DNA of 64,000 nt, from NCBI GenBank assembly GCA_019058315.1, contig JAHPZH010000006.1:64001-128000 (forward strand). The letters are read 5' to 3'. Position 1 is the first letter of the stretch, and every line of letters begins with the position of its first letter. A program made the position numbers and the translations under genes. The DNA comes from Candidatus Helarchaeota archaeon (GTDB taxonomy: Archaea; Asgardarchaeota; Lokiarchaeia; Helarchaeales; RDOG01). Shown one piece after another: positions 21,077 through 31,514 of this stretch. The notes beneath the pieces were generated by a model. It ran no database searches and was not told where the DNA came from. It saw only the letters and a program-made list of their open reading frames with translations.

Positions 21077-22066
21077 TTATATGTTTAATTCATTTAAAAT
21101 CTGAGTTATATTAAACGTTTTAACAGATTTTTTATCAGTTTCTTTTAGATAAGTTTTTAAATTTTGAACATATTGGGGGATGAGTAATCTAAATAAGCCT
21201 AATCGTTTGTCCTCTCCTCTCTCAATGTAACAACTGAAGATTGAGCCTTTCTCTAAACTATAAATAAAATGAATATATTGTTTAGTATCACATAACACAT
21301 TTTTAACATTTGTTTTTTTTAGCATCCATATAATTCTTCGAGAGGTATCAAATAAACTAAAAGACATTGCCCCTTCTGCATCAATTAACGGATCAAACAC
21401 AAATTTACAAATAGAATATCCTCCATTTAAAGTAACAGATGCTGATTTTACTCCCGGGACGTTTTTTGAAAAATCAAGAATACACGATTTTATACTTTCA
21501 GAAGTTTGTTGAGACATTTGTAACATAAATGTATCAATAAAATTATCATTATTTTCAATAGAATCTTTAACTTTAAAAGAATCTAAAATTTCTTTTATTT
21601 CTTCTTCAGAAAATGATCTTAACGGAGGTTTATAATCTTTTTCTGAATTAGATAACAAGGTTTCAATAGACTTTAATGCCTTTTTCATTTTAATGAAAAT
21701 ACTCCCTAAATTAACAACATTTTTTGTCGTGATAATTAAATAAAATTCTGAATGAGCATTATGATCCAAATGCAATGGAGTTACAACTATTTTGGACCTT
21801 TCTCCATCAATAAGAATATGATTTAAACGATTTTTGTGTATTTCTTCTGCCACATTAAAAATTGCTGAAGTAGAAGAACAAACACCAAAAATTTCATTTT
21901 TTGAAAGCCAAATTCCAGCAGACTCAATTGGTTGTCCGTCTCGTTGAGTTAAAATAACGTTTTCTACTCCAGATATTGATTTAATTACTTTTAATTGTTG
22001 CTTTATTATTTCTAGAACCTCGGACATAAAAAATAGCTCCAAAGAAATTGAATATTTTCCTCCCAT
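21077..22066 (-). CDS. Tandem roadblock (MglB-like) domain protein
   Basis: Two repeats: GVENVILTQRDGQPI and GVKSASVTLNGGYSI. Confidence 0.75.
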   Translation of the reverse strand: MGGKYSISLELFFMSEVLEIIKQQLKVIKSISGVENVILTQRDGQPIESAGIWLSKNEIFGVCSSTSAIFNVAEEIHKNRLNHILIDGERSKIVVTPLHLDHNAHSEFYLIITTKNVVNLGSIFIKMKKALKSIETLLSNSEKDYKPPLRSFSEEEIKEILDSFKVKDSIENNDNFIDTFMLQMSQQTSESIKSCILDFSKNVPGVKSASVTLNGGYSICKFVFDPLIDAEGAMSFSLFDTSRRIIWMLKKTNVKNVLCDTKQYIHFIYSLEKGSIFSCYIERGEDKRLGLFRLLIPQYVQNLKTYLKETDKKSVKTFNITQILNELNI

Positions 22067-22211
22067 TTTTTATAGAAATTTATATTTAAACCCCTTTTTT
22101 AGAAATTTAGGTAAGAATTTAATTGAGGAGGAAAAAAAAAACGTTGTATTAAAATAAATTCCAAAATAAATTTATATAAAAAATTTTATAGAATTATATA
22201 ATCTTAATAAA

Positions 22212-22532
22212 ATGAATAAACACACTTCGGGATTAAAACCTATGTCAATTGGGATTAAAAGATTAGTTCTTGATGTATTGAAACCTCATAATCCGTCTTT
22301 ACCTTATTTAGCAAACCAAATTGCAAAAATTCAAGGAATTAACGGAGTTAATATTTCTTTAATTGAAATGGATAAAGAGACACAATCTATTAAAATGACT
22401 ATAGAAGGCGAAAACCTAATTTTTGACGATTTGAAAGAAAAATTAGAAGAATGGAACTGTGCAATTCATTCTGTTGATCAGGTGGTCGCAGGAAAATCTA
22501 TTATAGAAGAAGTTCGTACACACCAAGAATAA
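22212..22532 (+). CDS. DUF211 family protein
   Basis: RLVLDVLKPH...GVN...IHSVDQV. Confidence 0.88.
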   Translation: MNKHTSGLKPMSIGIKRLVLDVLKPHNPSLPYLANQIAKIQGINGVNISLIEMDKETQSIKMTIEGENLIFDDLKEKLEEWNCAIHSVDQVVAGKSIIEEVRTHQE

Positions 22533-22650
22533 TTTACTCTTAATGTATCTCCTATTTTTATTTTTAATGCTAGAATAAATTAAATAGAAATATGTAATTT
22601 CTTTGATTAATAAAGAAATGTAACTTCAATGATTCATAATTATTAATCAG

Positions 22651-24051
22651 ATGATTATAATGAAAGATTTTTTGATGAGTTTAATTGATAAGGGCTTAGA
22701 AGATGTTGAATTTATCGATATGAGGATAAATGACATTCAAAGTTTTATTATTAGAATTACAAATGGGATATCAAGAGAAATGATGGAAGCAAACGAAGAA
22801 GGAATTGGAATCAGAGCATTTAATTCTGGTTCATGGGGGTTCTCTTGTTCTAATCTATTAGATAAGATATCAATCGAAAAAACAATGAAAAATGCAATTA
22901 AACTTGCAAAGGCAAATGAAAATAAAGTTAAAAATAAGTTCAGAATAAAAGAATTTCAATCAATTCAAAAATCAAGCAAAATTCCATTTAAAATAAATAT
23001 TCAAGATGTAGACGTTAATGACAAAATTGAATATGTATTAAATCTAGATAAACAAGGAAAAGAGTTTGATAAACGAATTGTAAATACAAATGTTATTTAC
23101 ATGGATGGTATAATTAATAATCTTGTCTGTAATTCGTTTGGGACTATTATCGAATCTACCAAGAGTATAGTTCGAACTATTTGTTCAAATTATTCTTTTG
23201 AAAATGGAATTAGACAGAGGGGATTTTCGAGTATTGGTGGTACTGGTGGATATGAAATAATAAAAAATGAGAAAGCAGAAAAATTAGGCATTGAAGCTTC
23301 TGAACAAGCCATACGTTTATTAAAAGCAAAACCTGCAAAAGCTGGTACATTTTCAGCAATTTTAGATCCTAAATTGAGTTCTGTATTCATTCATGAAGGA
23401 CTAGGTCATTGTTGTGAGGCCGACACGGTTCTTTCTGGTGAATCAATTTTAGAAAATAGAATTGGAGAAGTAATTGGTTCGAATAAGGTAACAATTATTG
23501 ATGATCCAACTCAAATTGGACATTATGGCTCTTATTTATTTGATTCGGAAGGAACCCCCGCTCAAAAGAAGATTTTAATAGAAAATGGAATTTTGAAAAG
23601 CTTTTTACATAGTATTGAAACTGCAAGTCGAATGAACTTGGAAAAATCAACAGGGAATGCTCGAGCAGAGAATTATCAAAATGTTCCCATAGTTAGGATG
23701 TCAAGTATTTACATTGATAAAGGTGATCACACTCTTGAAGAAATGTTAGAATTAGTAAATAATGGGATATATGCTAGTGGATGGTTGTATGGTTATACAG
23801 ATACAGCTAAAGGCTTACATCAATTTAAAGCAGCTGAAGCATATTTAATTGAAAATGGAGAATTAACTACACCATTGAGAGATTGTGCAATTTCTGGAAT
23901 GACTCTGGAAGTCTTAAAAAATATTTTAGCTGTAGATAAAAAATTAGAATTTACACCAGGAACATGCGGAAAAGCTGGTCAATATGTTCCAGTTAGTGAT
24001 GGAGGGGCACATGTTCTGGTACAAAATGTAACTTTTGGTGGATTATCTTAA
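22651..24051 (+). CDS. tldD: TldD metalloprotease
   Basis: HEGLGHCCEAD, FDSEG, GNAR, CGKAGQ. Confidence 0.92.
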   Translation: MIIMKDFLMSLIDKGLEDVEFIDMRINDIQSFIIRITNGISREMMEANEEGIGIRAFNSGSWGFSCSNLLDKISIEKTMKNAIKLAKANENKVKNKFRIKEFQSIQKSSKIPFKINIQDVDVNDKIEYVLNLDKQGKEFDKRIVNTNVIYMDGIINNLVCNSFGTIIESTKSIVRTICSNYSFENGIRQRGFSSIGGTGGYEIIKNEKAEKLGIEASEQAIRLLKAKPAKAGTFSAILDPKLSSVFIHEGLGHCCEADTVLSGESILENRIGEVIGSNKVTIIDDPTQIGHYGSYLFDSEGTPAQKKILIENGILKSFLHSIETASRMNLEKSTGNARAENYQNVPIVRMSSIYIDKGDHTLEEMLELVNNGIYASGWLYGYTDTAKGLHQFKAAEAYLIENGELTTPLRDCAISGMTLEVLKNILAVDKKLEFTPGTCGKAGQYVPVSDGGAHVLVQNVTFGGLS

Positions 24052-24069
24052 TGCATTATTGGAGTTCTG

Positions 24070-25440
24070 ATGATGAATAAAATAGATTTAATAAATATGG
24101 GTCAAAAAGCAATAAAACAAATGCAAAAAAAAGGTATTGATCAGTCTGAATTGTGTGTAATTAAATCTAGAGAAATATCTATTGAAATTGAGAGGGGGTC
24201 AATAAAATATTCTAAAGAAATTACTGATTTTGGATGTTCTATTCGAGCAATAAAAAATGGGTGCTTGGGTTTTAGCTATACTACATCAATAACTCCGAAA
24301 TCAATTTCTCAACTAATAAATAGAGTAGAAAAATTAACAAATGTTGGACTTCATGACCCTGACTTTAAAAGTCTTCCAACTCCAAAAAAAATACCCAAAG
24401 TTTATGGAATATATGATTCTAATATTGCAAATTTGGATGTTTCTGAAGCTGTAGAATTAATTCTTAATCTTTTAGATAATGCCAATATTGATAAAAGAAT
24501 ACACTCAATAAATTCTTCTTTAAATTGTTCTTATGAACAGACTTTCATTATGAACTCTCTTGGGGTAGAAGCTATTGAAGAAAATAAAAATGGGCATACA
24601 TCGATTACAGTTTATGCGGAAATAACGGCAAAACAAGGTCAAGAAATGAGTTCTGGTTTTGAATTCCAAAATGGAAGATTCATTAAAGAAATAAACGTCG
24701 AAGAAATAGGAAAAAACGCCGCAAAACTAGCTATTGACAGCTTAGGAGCGAAAAACATCAAAACCTGTGAGCTTCCTATAGTTTTTCATCCGATTGCACT
24801 TTATAATATATTCTCAACGGCTATTGGAAATTCTATTAATGCAGAATCTATTCAATATGGAAGAAGTTATTTGTTAGATAAATTAAACAAAGAAATTGCT
24901 ATTAAAGAGTTTGAAGTCACTGATGATGGCATTTATATAAAAAATGGAATAGCGGGTTTAGGAACTTCAGCTTTTGATGGGGAAGGAACTCCTCAACAAA
25001 AAACTCAAATAATAAAAGAAGGAATTTTAAAAAATTATTTACATAATTCTTATACAGCAGGAAAAGCTGATACAGAAAGTTCAGGAAACGCATCAAGAGG
25101 AAATTTCAGAAGAATTCCAACAATTTCACCAACTAATTTGATAATAAAACCTGACAATGGTAAATTAGATAATCTAATTTCAGAAACTAAAGAGGGAATT
25201 TTAGTTATTTGGACAGGAGATAGACCAAATTTAGCAACAGGAGAATTTTCTGGTTTAATTGGTGCAGGGTTTAAAATTGAAAATGGTGAAATTACATTTC
25301 CTTTAAAACAAACAATGATTGGAATAAATATGTTAGATTTTTTTCAAAGAATAGATAGGATTGGGAACGATCTAAGACAAGTATCCCATATAATTACACC
25401 ATCAATTCGAATAAATAAAGGAAAAATAGGCGGAAAATGA
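24070..25440 (+). CDS. pmbA: TldE/PmbA family protein
   Basis: FDGEG, GNASR, TGEFS; adjacent to tldD. Confidence 0.9.
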   Translation: MMNKIDLINMGQKAIKQMQKKGIDQSELCVIKSREISIEIERGSIKYSKEITDFGCSIRAIKNGCLGFSYTTSITPKSISQLINRVEKLTNVGLHDPDFKSLPTPKKIPKVYGIYDSNIANLDVSEAVELILNLLDNANIDKRIHSINSSLNCSYEQTFIMNSLGVEAIEENKNGHTSITVYAEITAKQGQEMSSGFEFQNGRFIKEINVEEIGKNAAKLAIDSLGAKNIKTCELPIVFHPIALYNIFSTAIGNSINAESIQYGRSYLLDKLNKEIAIKEFEVTDDGIYIKNGIAGLGTSAFDGEGTPQQKTQIIKEGILKNYLHNSYTAGKADTESSGNASRGNFRRIPTISPTNLIIKPDNGKLDNLISETKEGILVIWTGDRPNLATGEFSGLIGAGFKIENGEITFPLKQTMIGINMLDFFQRIDRIGNDLRQVSHIITPSIRINKGKIGGK

Positions 25441-25483
25441 AATATTATTTAATTCAAATGCTTTTATTTAATTAATAAAGATG

Positions 25484-25568
25484 TACAGTAGGCTCAATAC
25501 TCAAGATCTTTCTCATTACTATTATTTTCAAATAGCTCGATGGGGTCATGAAATCATTACCTACTGCA
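25484..25568 (-). ncRNA. Box C/D-type guide sRNA; predicted target pre-tRNA-Leu
   Basis: 9-bp terminal stem and two K-turn geometries (AAU-GAUU/UUGA; UCGA..AAU-GAGA). Both guides are complementary to pre-tRNA-Leu(UAA) at 60602-60758. Confidence 0.75.
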
Positions 25569-25672
25569 AGTGATAGTAGTATTGAAAATATTTTTTTATT
25601 TTTTGTATTTTTAAAGAAGCATAGATTTGTTTGGTTTAAATTTAATTGTTTTAGTTAATTTTTGAAATTATA

Positions 25673-28600
25673 ATGAAACCATCCAAAACGAAAATAATAA
25701 GTTTTGAAAAGGATAGAAAGAATATATTAAAACTTATTGGGATTTTTATATTTTATACTAGTTTTGTAGGCATTTTAAACTATTTATTGCTTAATTTTCA
25801 AAATGTTAGTCCCCTCTCCTTATTAATTACATCTTATCAGCTCGAATTATTTAGTAAATTTATTCCAATTTTCGGAATTTTAATTATTACTTATATATTT
25901 TGGTATCTACGTAAAAAAGCAGATTTTAATAATAGTAAAAATGTAAAAAAAATAGATTTAATCATTATAACGCTAATTCTTTCTAATTTATTATTATTTT
26001 ATTTATTATATACAACTCCAATTTTTAAAATTGGACTAAATTATGGTTTATTAACTAATATTTTCTCAATATTTAATTCAATCAACTATTTATTTTTTAA
26101 TATTCAATTTTTAATATATTTAGTTAATGGATTTTTAATTAATTCCATTTCAATTTACTTAGTATTATCCACATTCATAAAAAAAACAAGAAAAAAAATT
26201 GTTTTGAGTTTTTTATTTTCATTAATAGTTTATGGAATTTTAATTATCTATTTACATATTTTTGAATTTTATTCAGAGCACATTCTAATATTGTCATTTT
26301 TTATTATTATTTGGCAAATTCCTTTAATGAAAATGTCTTATTTGTTTTTAAAATATAAAAATATTGATTTAAAAAATCATGGTATTCGTTCATTTGCACT
26401 AATCTTTAATAATAAAAATTATAGACGTGGTTTATCTATTTTAGAAGTCGCGCAAATTTCTAAAAATATGATTACAAGAGAAAATAGACAGATACCAAGA
26501 ACTTTAGATAAACTCATTGTTCCAGGACAAAAACAATATTTATTCTATCATCTTTTGCCACTTGCAGATGATATTCAGCAATTAAGTTATGAGATAGTTA
26601 TCTCAAAGTATTCCATTAAATTAAGATTTTATATTTCAATTTTTGGCAATTTGATCGAGGAAGAACTAATTAATAAGCTAAGAGATAATTCAGATCTTGT
26701 GGAAACTGCGTTTAAATCAAGTTTTAAAGATATTGAATTTAAGAATTTAGTAGGACAAGAATTATTAGATGCTTGGAGTGAGATTGTTGAATATGGGAAT
26801 TATTCATTTAAACGTGTAAGAGATGAAATTATTGAAATTAACAGGACAACTAATAACTTATATTTATCAATACTTAATTTAGATTCAATAGCACCTATCA
26901 ATGCAAATTCAGCTTTAACTCAAATTGATCAACTTATAAATAATATTTTGACTCATAATATTTCTGTCCATTACATAAGCGTCATTGAACCAAGTTCAAA
27001 ATTTGATTTTTTTAAACAGCTTGAAAAATTTCAGGATTCAAATTTAGCTAATAAAACTTTAGATAAATTCACACTAGAAGATAAGTTACACCATGAATTA
27101 TTAAATATAAGACACTCTGAATATATCCAAATGTGGAATTCATCGACATATATAGTAATAAAAGCGCTAGATCTTGAAATATTAAAAAGACATATACAAA
27201 AAATAAAAGCAATTTTTAAACAAGTATTTTCAAACTCAATGGTTACAGGCAATGTAAAAATTTTAGAAAAAAAAGAGCTAGAAAAAGCCCTACCTAAAAT
27301 TATAATGCGTGATAGAATAAATAATATAAAAATGAGTTCAGAACAAGTAATTTCTACATTTCATCTTCCAGAAAGCGTTGTTCCATCAATATCAATTAAG
27401 AAAGATATTCCATTATTCGAAATTCCACCAAAATTAGAGAAACTTGATAAAAGAAAAATAAAGATTGGAACGATTTATCATGGAGATAAATTACTATATA
27501 ATTCTTATATAGATTTAGAAGAATTAAGATTGAATATGTTTATAGTTGGACAAATTGGGATGGGAAAAACAGAATTTGCTAAAAATATCTTGAAAGAATT
27601 ATATAAAACTGTGCCAAATATAAACTGGTTAGTATTAGAATGGAAAGGGGATTATAAAGATTTGATTACGCGAATAAATGAGCCTATTCAAGTAATAAAT
27701 GTAGGTTCTGAAAAGAATCCTTTGAAATTAAATATTTTCGATCCAAATAGAGCAAATCCTGAAAATCATGCTATGAAAATATTTTCAATTATTAAAGAGA
27801 TTTTTAAAAGTAGCTATAAATCCCGTTCATATTTAGCTAATTATGAATTAAGCCCTCAAATGGAAAAAATTGCTCGTGATGTATTAATTGAATGTATGAG
27901 AAATCCAAATAAAAGGAACTTTAAGGCTTTTTTTAATGAATTAAAAGAATATGAAAAAAAATATTTTGGTAGTCAGAAAAGTTCTATAACAATGAGTGTA
28001 GCTGCAATAGAAAATCGTTTTCAACGGTTAACCACTGGTGTTTTAGGGAGAGTATTAAATACGGAGAATTCAAACGTTAATTTCCAAGATTTAATGAATA
28101 GGAAAATTATTTTTGATTTAAGTTCGGTTATATTTAATGAAGGAACTAAGGAAGATGTCAGACTTTTAATTAATTTAATTTTAAAATATGTAATTGATCA
28201 AGCTTTAAGAAGGGGACCGACACCTGAATTAAAACACATCGTTATATTAGAAGATTCACAGTTATTAGTTCCTGAGGTATTAAGGGAAGTGCCAGAGACG
28301 ACATTAGGGGAAGATATTCCACTTTTATTAAGAAGTGTGGGTGAAGCAATGATTTCTGTTGCTACACGACCCCAAATATCACCTGATATAATATCAAATT
28401 CCGCAATTAAAGTCACATTTAAATTAAATCAAGCTGATGATACTATTAAAGTTGCAAAATATCAAAATTTGAATGAAGAACAAGAACAATATCTAAGACT
28501 GACAAAAAAACAAGAAGCTATTGTAACTACACTTAATTTTCCTTATCCTTTCAGAATTAAAACAGTCACTTCTTATCCTAAAACTGTTACGGATGTCGAT

Positions 28601-29617
28601 ATCATAAAACATAATAAAAAATTCTATCCTGAAATGTATGAAAATAAAAGGAAAGACATTACAGATGATCAGATTAAACATCAGTTTAAAAGTCCTGAAG
28701 CAGTAGTTAAAAATTACGAAAAAACAAAAATTAGTAAAAATGATACCATATATGATGAAAAAGAAGTAAATAAATTATTAACCAGTTGGGAACTTAAGTG
28801 TTTTCAAAATTTAACTATTGATTATAAAAAAATGTTTTTAAAATTAAGAAAAACACTTTCAGAACCAAAATCTCTAAATGAAATTTCAAACCATTTAGGT
28901 CTTAAATCAGAAGAGCTAAATAAATATTTGAAAAAATTTGAATCTTTAAGATTAATAAGCTTTAATTTTTTTCCGAATTTTGATTCAGAAAAAACTGAAA
29001 AAAAATTTCATCTAACAAATAATGAAAATTATTTTAAGAAAATAATAGAGAAAAAATTAAAAGACGAATTCTATAAAGCTAGAGTAATTGGGGATTCGGA
29101 TATTGAGTCTTTTGATTTCTTCATTTTTAAAAATGAGTTTTTTATAAAAATCTTTACAAATAAAATAAACGAAACAAACAAATATTTTTTTAAGGAATTA
29201 TTTCTACAATGGGAGAGTGAAATTTTAAAAAGTAAAAGAGCTGGCTTAATCATAATTGTTCCATATCGATCTACAATAAATGCAATAAAATCAGTTATAA
29301 AAGATTACTTGAAAATTCCTGTAAAAATATTTAATTTTAGTAGCGATGATTGGGAAAAATTAAGAAAAATAATTAATACAAATAAGAATATAGAAGAAAT
29401 TCAAATAAAGGAAGGTATTTCAAAAGATATCGATGAAATATTAGAAGATCTTGATGGAACAGATACAAAGGAAATGGTTAATAAATTTTCAATTTTAGAA
29501 AGTAAACAAGAAAAGAATAATAATATTCAAAATGATTCTAATTCAGACAAAAAGGAACTCTTTTCTTTTATTGATAATATTCAAAAAAAAATTAAAACAA
29601 ATTTAGAAAAAAATTGA
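25673..29617 (+). CDS. Membrane-anchored HerA/VirB4-like (DUF87) ATPase
   Basis: Multiple N-terminal TM helices, Walker A GQIGMGKT, LEWKGDY, ILEDSQ; C-terminal HTH-like region. Confidence 0.8.
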   Translation: MKPSKTKIISFEKDRKNILKLIGIFIFYTSFVGILNYLLLNFQNVSPLSLLITSYQLELFSKFIPIFGILIITYIFWYLRKKADFNNSKNVKKIDLIIITLILSNLLLFYLLYTTPIFKIGLNYGLLTNIFSIFNSINYLFFNIQFLIYLVNGFLINSISIYLVLSTFIKKTRKKIVLSFLFSLIVYGILIIYLHIFEFYSEHILILSFFIIIWQIPLMKMSYLFLKYKNIDLKNHGIRSFALIFNNKNYRRGLSILEVAQISKNMITRENRQIPRTLDKLIVPGQKQYLFYHLLPLADDIQQLSYEIVISKYSIKLRFYISIFGNLIEEELINKLRDNSDLVETAFKSSFKDIEFKNLVGQELLDAWSEIVEYGNYSFKRVRDEIIEINRTTNNLYLSILNLDSIAPINANSALTQIDQLINNILTHNISVHYISVIEPSSKFDFFKQLEKFQDSNLANKTLDKFTLEDKLHHELLNIRHSEYIQMWNSSTYIVIKALDLEILKRHIQKIKAIFKQVFSNSMVTGNVKILEKKELEKALPKIIMRDRINNIKMSSEQVISTFHLPESVVPSISIKKDIPLFEIPPKLEKLDKRKIKIGTIYHGDKLLYNSYIDLEELRLNMFIVGQIGMGKTEFAKNILKELYKTVPNINWLVLEWKGDYKDLITRINEPIQVINVGSEKNPLKLNIFDPNRANPENHAMKIFSIIKEIFKSSYKSRSYLANYELSPQMEKIARDVLIECMRNPNKRNFKAFFNELKEYEKKYFGSQKSSITMSVAAIENRFQRLTTGVLGRVLNTENSNVNFQDLMNRKIIFDLSSVIFNEGTKEDVRLLINLILKYVIDQALRRGPTPELKHIVILEDSQLLVPEVLREVPETTLGEDIPLLLRSVGEAMISVATRPQISPDIISNSAIKVTFKLNQADDTIKVAKYQNLNEEQEQYLRLTKKQEAIVTTLNFPYPFRIKTVTSYPKTVTDVDIIKHNKKFYPEMYENKRKDITDDQIKHQFKSPEAVVKNYEKTKISKNDTIYDEKEVNKLLTSWELKCFQNLTIDYKKMFLKLRKTLSEPKSLNEISNHLGLKSEELNKYLKKFESLRLISFNFFPNFDSEKTEKKFHLTNNENYFKKIIEKKLKDEFYKARVIGDSDIESFDFFIFKNEFFIKIFTNKINETNKYFFKELFLQWESEILKSKRAGLIIIVPYRSTINAIKSVIKDYLKIPVKIFNFSSDDWEKLRKIINTNKNIEEIQIKEGISKDIDEILEDLDGTDTKEMVNKFSILESKQEKNNNIQNDSNSDKKELFSFIDNIQKKIKTNLEKN

Positions 29618-29646
29618 CTTCTTTAAAATCCATATAAAAAGAATTA

Positions 29647-30543
29647 TTATTGAATTGAATCCCAATACAGGTAATTTAATATGGATAAGGTACTAATTAA
29701 GGCTTCTTCAGTAGTTACTGTTTCTGTTCCTTGATGAGGAATCATATTTAAATCAAAAAAGTTATTATTTTGAATTTTAATTTCCTTTTTTTTAAAAATA
29801 GGTATTAAACCTTCAAAAGGGGCTCCGAATACAACAAGCAGTTTTGAAACTTGAAGAACTTTATTAATTAGCCTAGTTTTATTTTTCTCGATATTTTTAC
29901 CATATTTTGATGTTATAATAACACATAAATCTTTATAATTATCTAAAATTTTTTTAAGATCTTGTATATAAATTTTATAACCCCAATAATATCTCAAATT
30001 ATTAGGGTCAATCATCGATATTTTCATTTTAGAATTTTGTTTTTTTAAAAAGATTGTAATACGACTATTAATTTTTAAATTTGGTATGTCTAGATAAAAT
30101 TTTTGGTCTAGCCCTATGTCAACTCTCGAAAATTTATCATTAGATTCAATAATAAGACCCTCTCTTATTTCTCCTGATTCTAAATTTTCAAATTTATTCT
30201 TTAATATATGATGAGCAATTTTTAAAGGTGGTAATAAGCCACTAAATTTTAAATATGGAGAAATTGGGAATAGTCGTTTTCGTAGATATGGAGGACATTC
30301 AAGATAATTAAAAATTGTAGTTATAAATTTTAAATTATTTTCTTTAATACTATTTTTTGTTTTAAAATAATGTGGATAAATAAATATCTCTTCAACTTTA
30401 AAAATTGCACAAGCTCGTGCAATTATTCCGATTTTTTCAGTCTGAGAGCGCAAATCTTGACAATTTTCTAAAATTGACGAAGGAATAGCAATGGATAATT
30501 TAATTTTTAATTTTTTTGGAAATGAACTAATATTACTCATCAC
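29647..30543 (-). CDS. SPOUT RNA methyltransferase (DUF171/C9orf114-like)
   Basis: IARACAIF, YLECPPYLRK, P.QGTETV.TEEA. Confidence 0.88.
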   Translation of the reverse strand: MMSNISSFPKKLKIKLSIAIPSSILENCQDLRSQTEKIGIIARACAIFKVEEIFIYPHYFKTKNSIKENNLKFITTIFNYLECPPYLRKRLFPISPYLKFSGLLPPLKIAHHILKNKFENLESGEIREGLIIESNDKFSRVDIGLDQKFYLDIPNLKINSRITIFLKKQNSKMKISMIDPNNLRYYWGYKIYIQDLKKILDNYKDLCVIITSKYGKNIEKNKTRLINKVLQVSKLLVVFGAPFEGLIPIFKKKEIKIQNNNFFDLNMIPHQGTETVTTEEALISTLSILNYLYWDSIQ

Positions 30544-30585
30544 AATATTTCCATATTTTTGGATATAGAATTTTTTAACTAAAAT

Positions 30586-31395
30586 TTAAATTTCTAGATC
30601 TTCAAAACTTTTTCTTACTAAAATTTCGAATTCTTTATGATCTAAATTAGAAATTTCATTAACTAATCCAGCAAAAAATTTTCTTTCTTTTTTTGAAAAT
30701 GGATTATTTTTTTGTATTTCAAAGATTACATCTAAATTATTTAGCAAATTTTTTAGATTTGGTATCATCATTTTAAAAGATCTTGTATAAAAATTAGGTT
30801 CTATCTTTGATTTTGCCATAGCTATAACCATAGATAAAATAGTAAAATGAAATAACGATTGAATTTTACTCATTTTAATATCGTGTTCTGTATTAGATAT
30901 AATTAATACATTACTTCCTAATTTTTCAAAAAGATATTTGATTTTCTGAATCCATTGTTTTCCCTTTACAGGAATTAAAATTATATTTTCTCCTGAAAAA
31001 TTACCTTGTGGACCAAATAAGAAATGGGCACTTAGGTATTCGATTGAATCTGGAATTTCTAAATTATTAATTATACTACTTTTTACTGAGGAAAGATCAA
31101 TTAACAACGCTCCATTTTTCATTATTTTAATTACGTTTGTGCAAGTTTCAAGTACATTATCTAATGGTACAGAAACAACAACTATATCTGAATTTTGACA
31201 GTCTTCCAATACACCAAATTCAATATTTTCTCCAATTTGTTTAGCAACTGACTTAGCTTTTTTTAAATCTCTACTACAAATCATTACATTAGTAATATCC
31301 TTTAAACTCTTAACAAAGATTCTACCCATTCCCCCAGTTCCTCCGATAATAGAGATATTTAATTGTTTAAAAAAGGTGTCAAAAGTATTTTTCAT
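30586..31395 (-). CDS. tyrA: Prephenate/arogenate dehydrogenase
   Basis: IIGGTGGMG, DLSSVK, H.LFGP, EHD..M..IQ. Confidence 0.85.
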   Translation of the reverse strand: MKNTFDTFFKQLNISIIGGTGGMGRIFVKSLKDITNVMICSRDLKKAKSVAKQIGENIEFGVLEDCQNSDIVVVSVPLDNVLETCTNVIKIMKNGALLIDLSSVKSSIINNLEIPDSIEYLSAHFLFGPQGNFSGENIILIPVKGKQWIQKIKYLFEKLGSNVLIISNTEHDIKMSKIQSLFHFTILSMVIAMAKSKIEPNFYTRSFKMMIPNLKNLLNNLDVIFEIQKNNPFSKKERKFFAGLVNEISNLDHKEFEILVRKSFEDLEI

Positions 31396-31514
31396 TTTCG
31401 TTATTTCCTTAATTTTTAATTTAAATGCAATAATAATTATTTTTATTTGATAAACGATTTTTATTAAATCTATATTTTAAAATAAAATCTTTTAACTATT
31501 AATGCTGATAAAAA

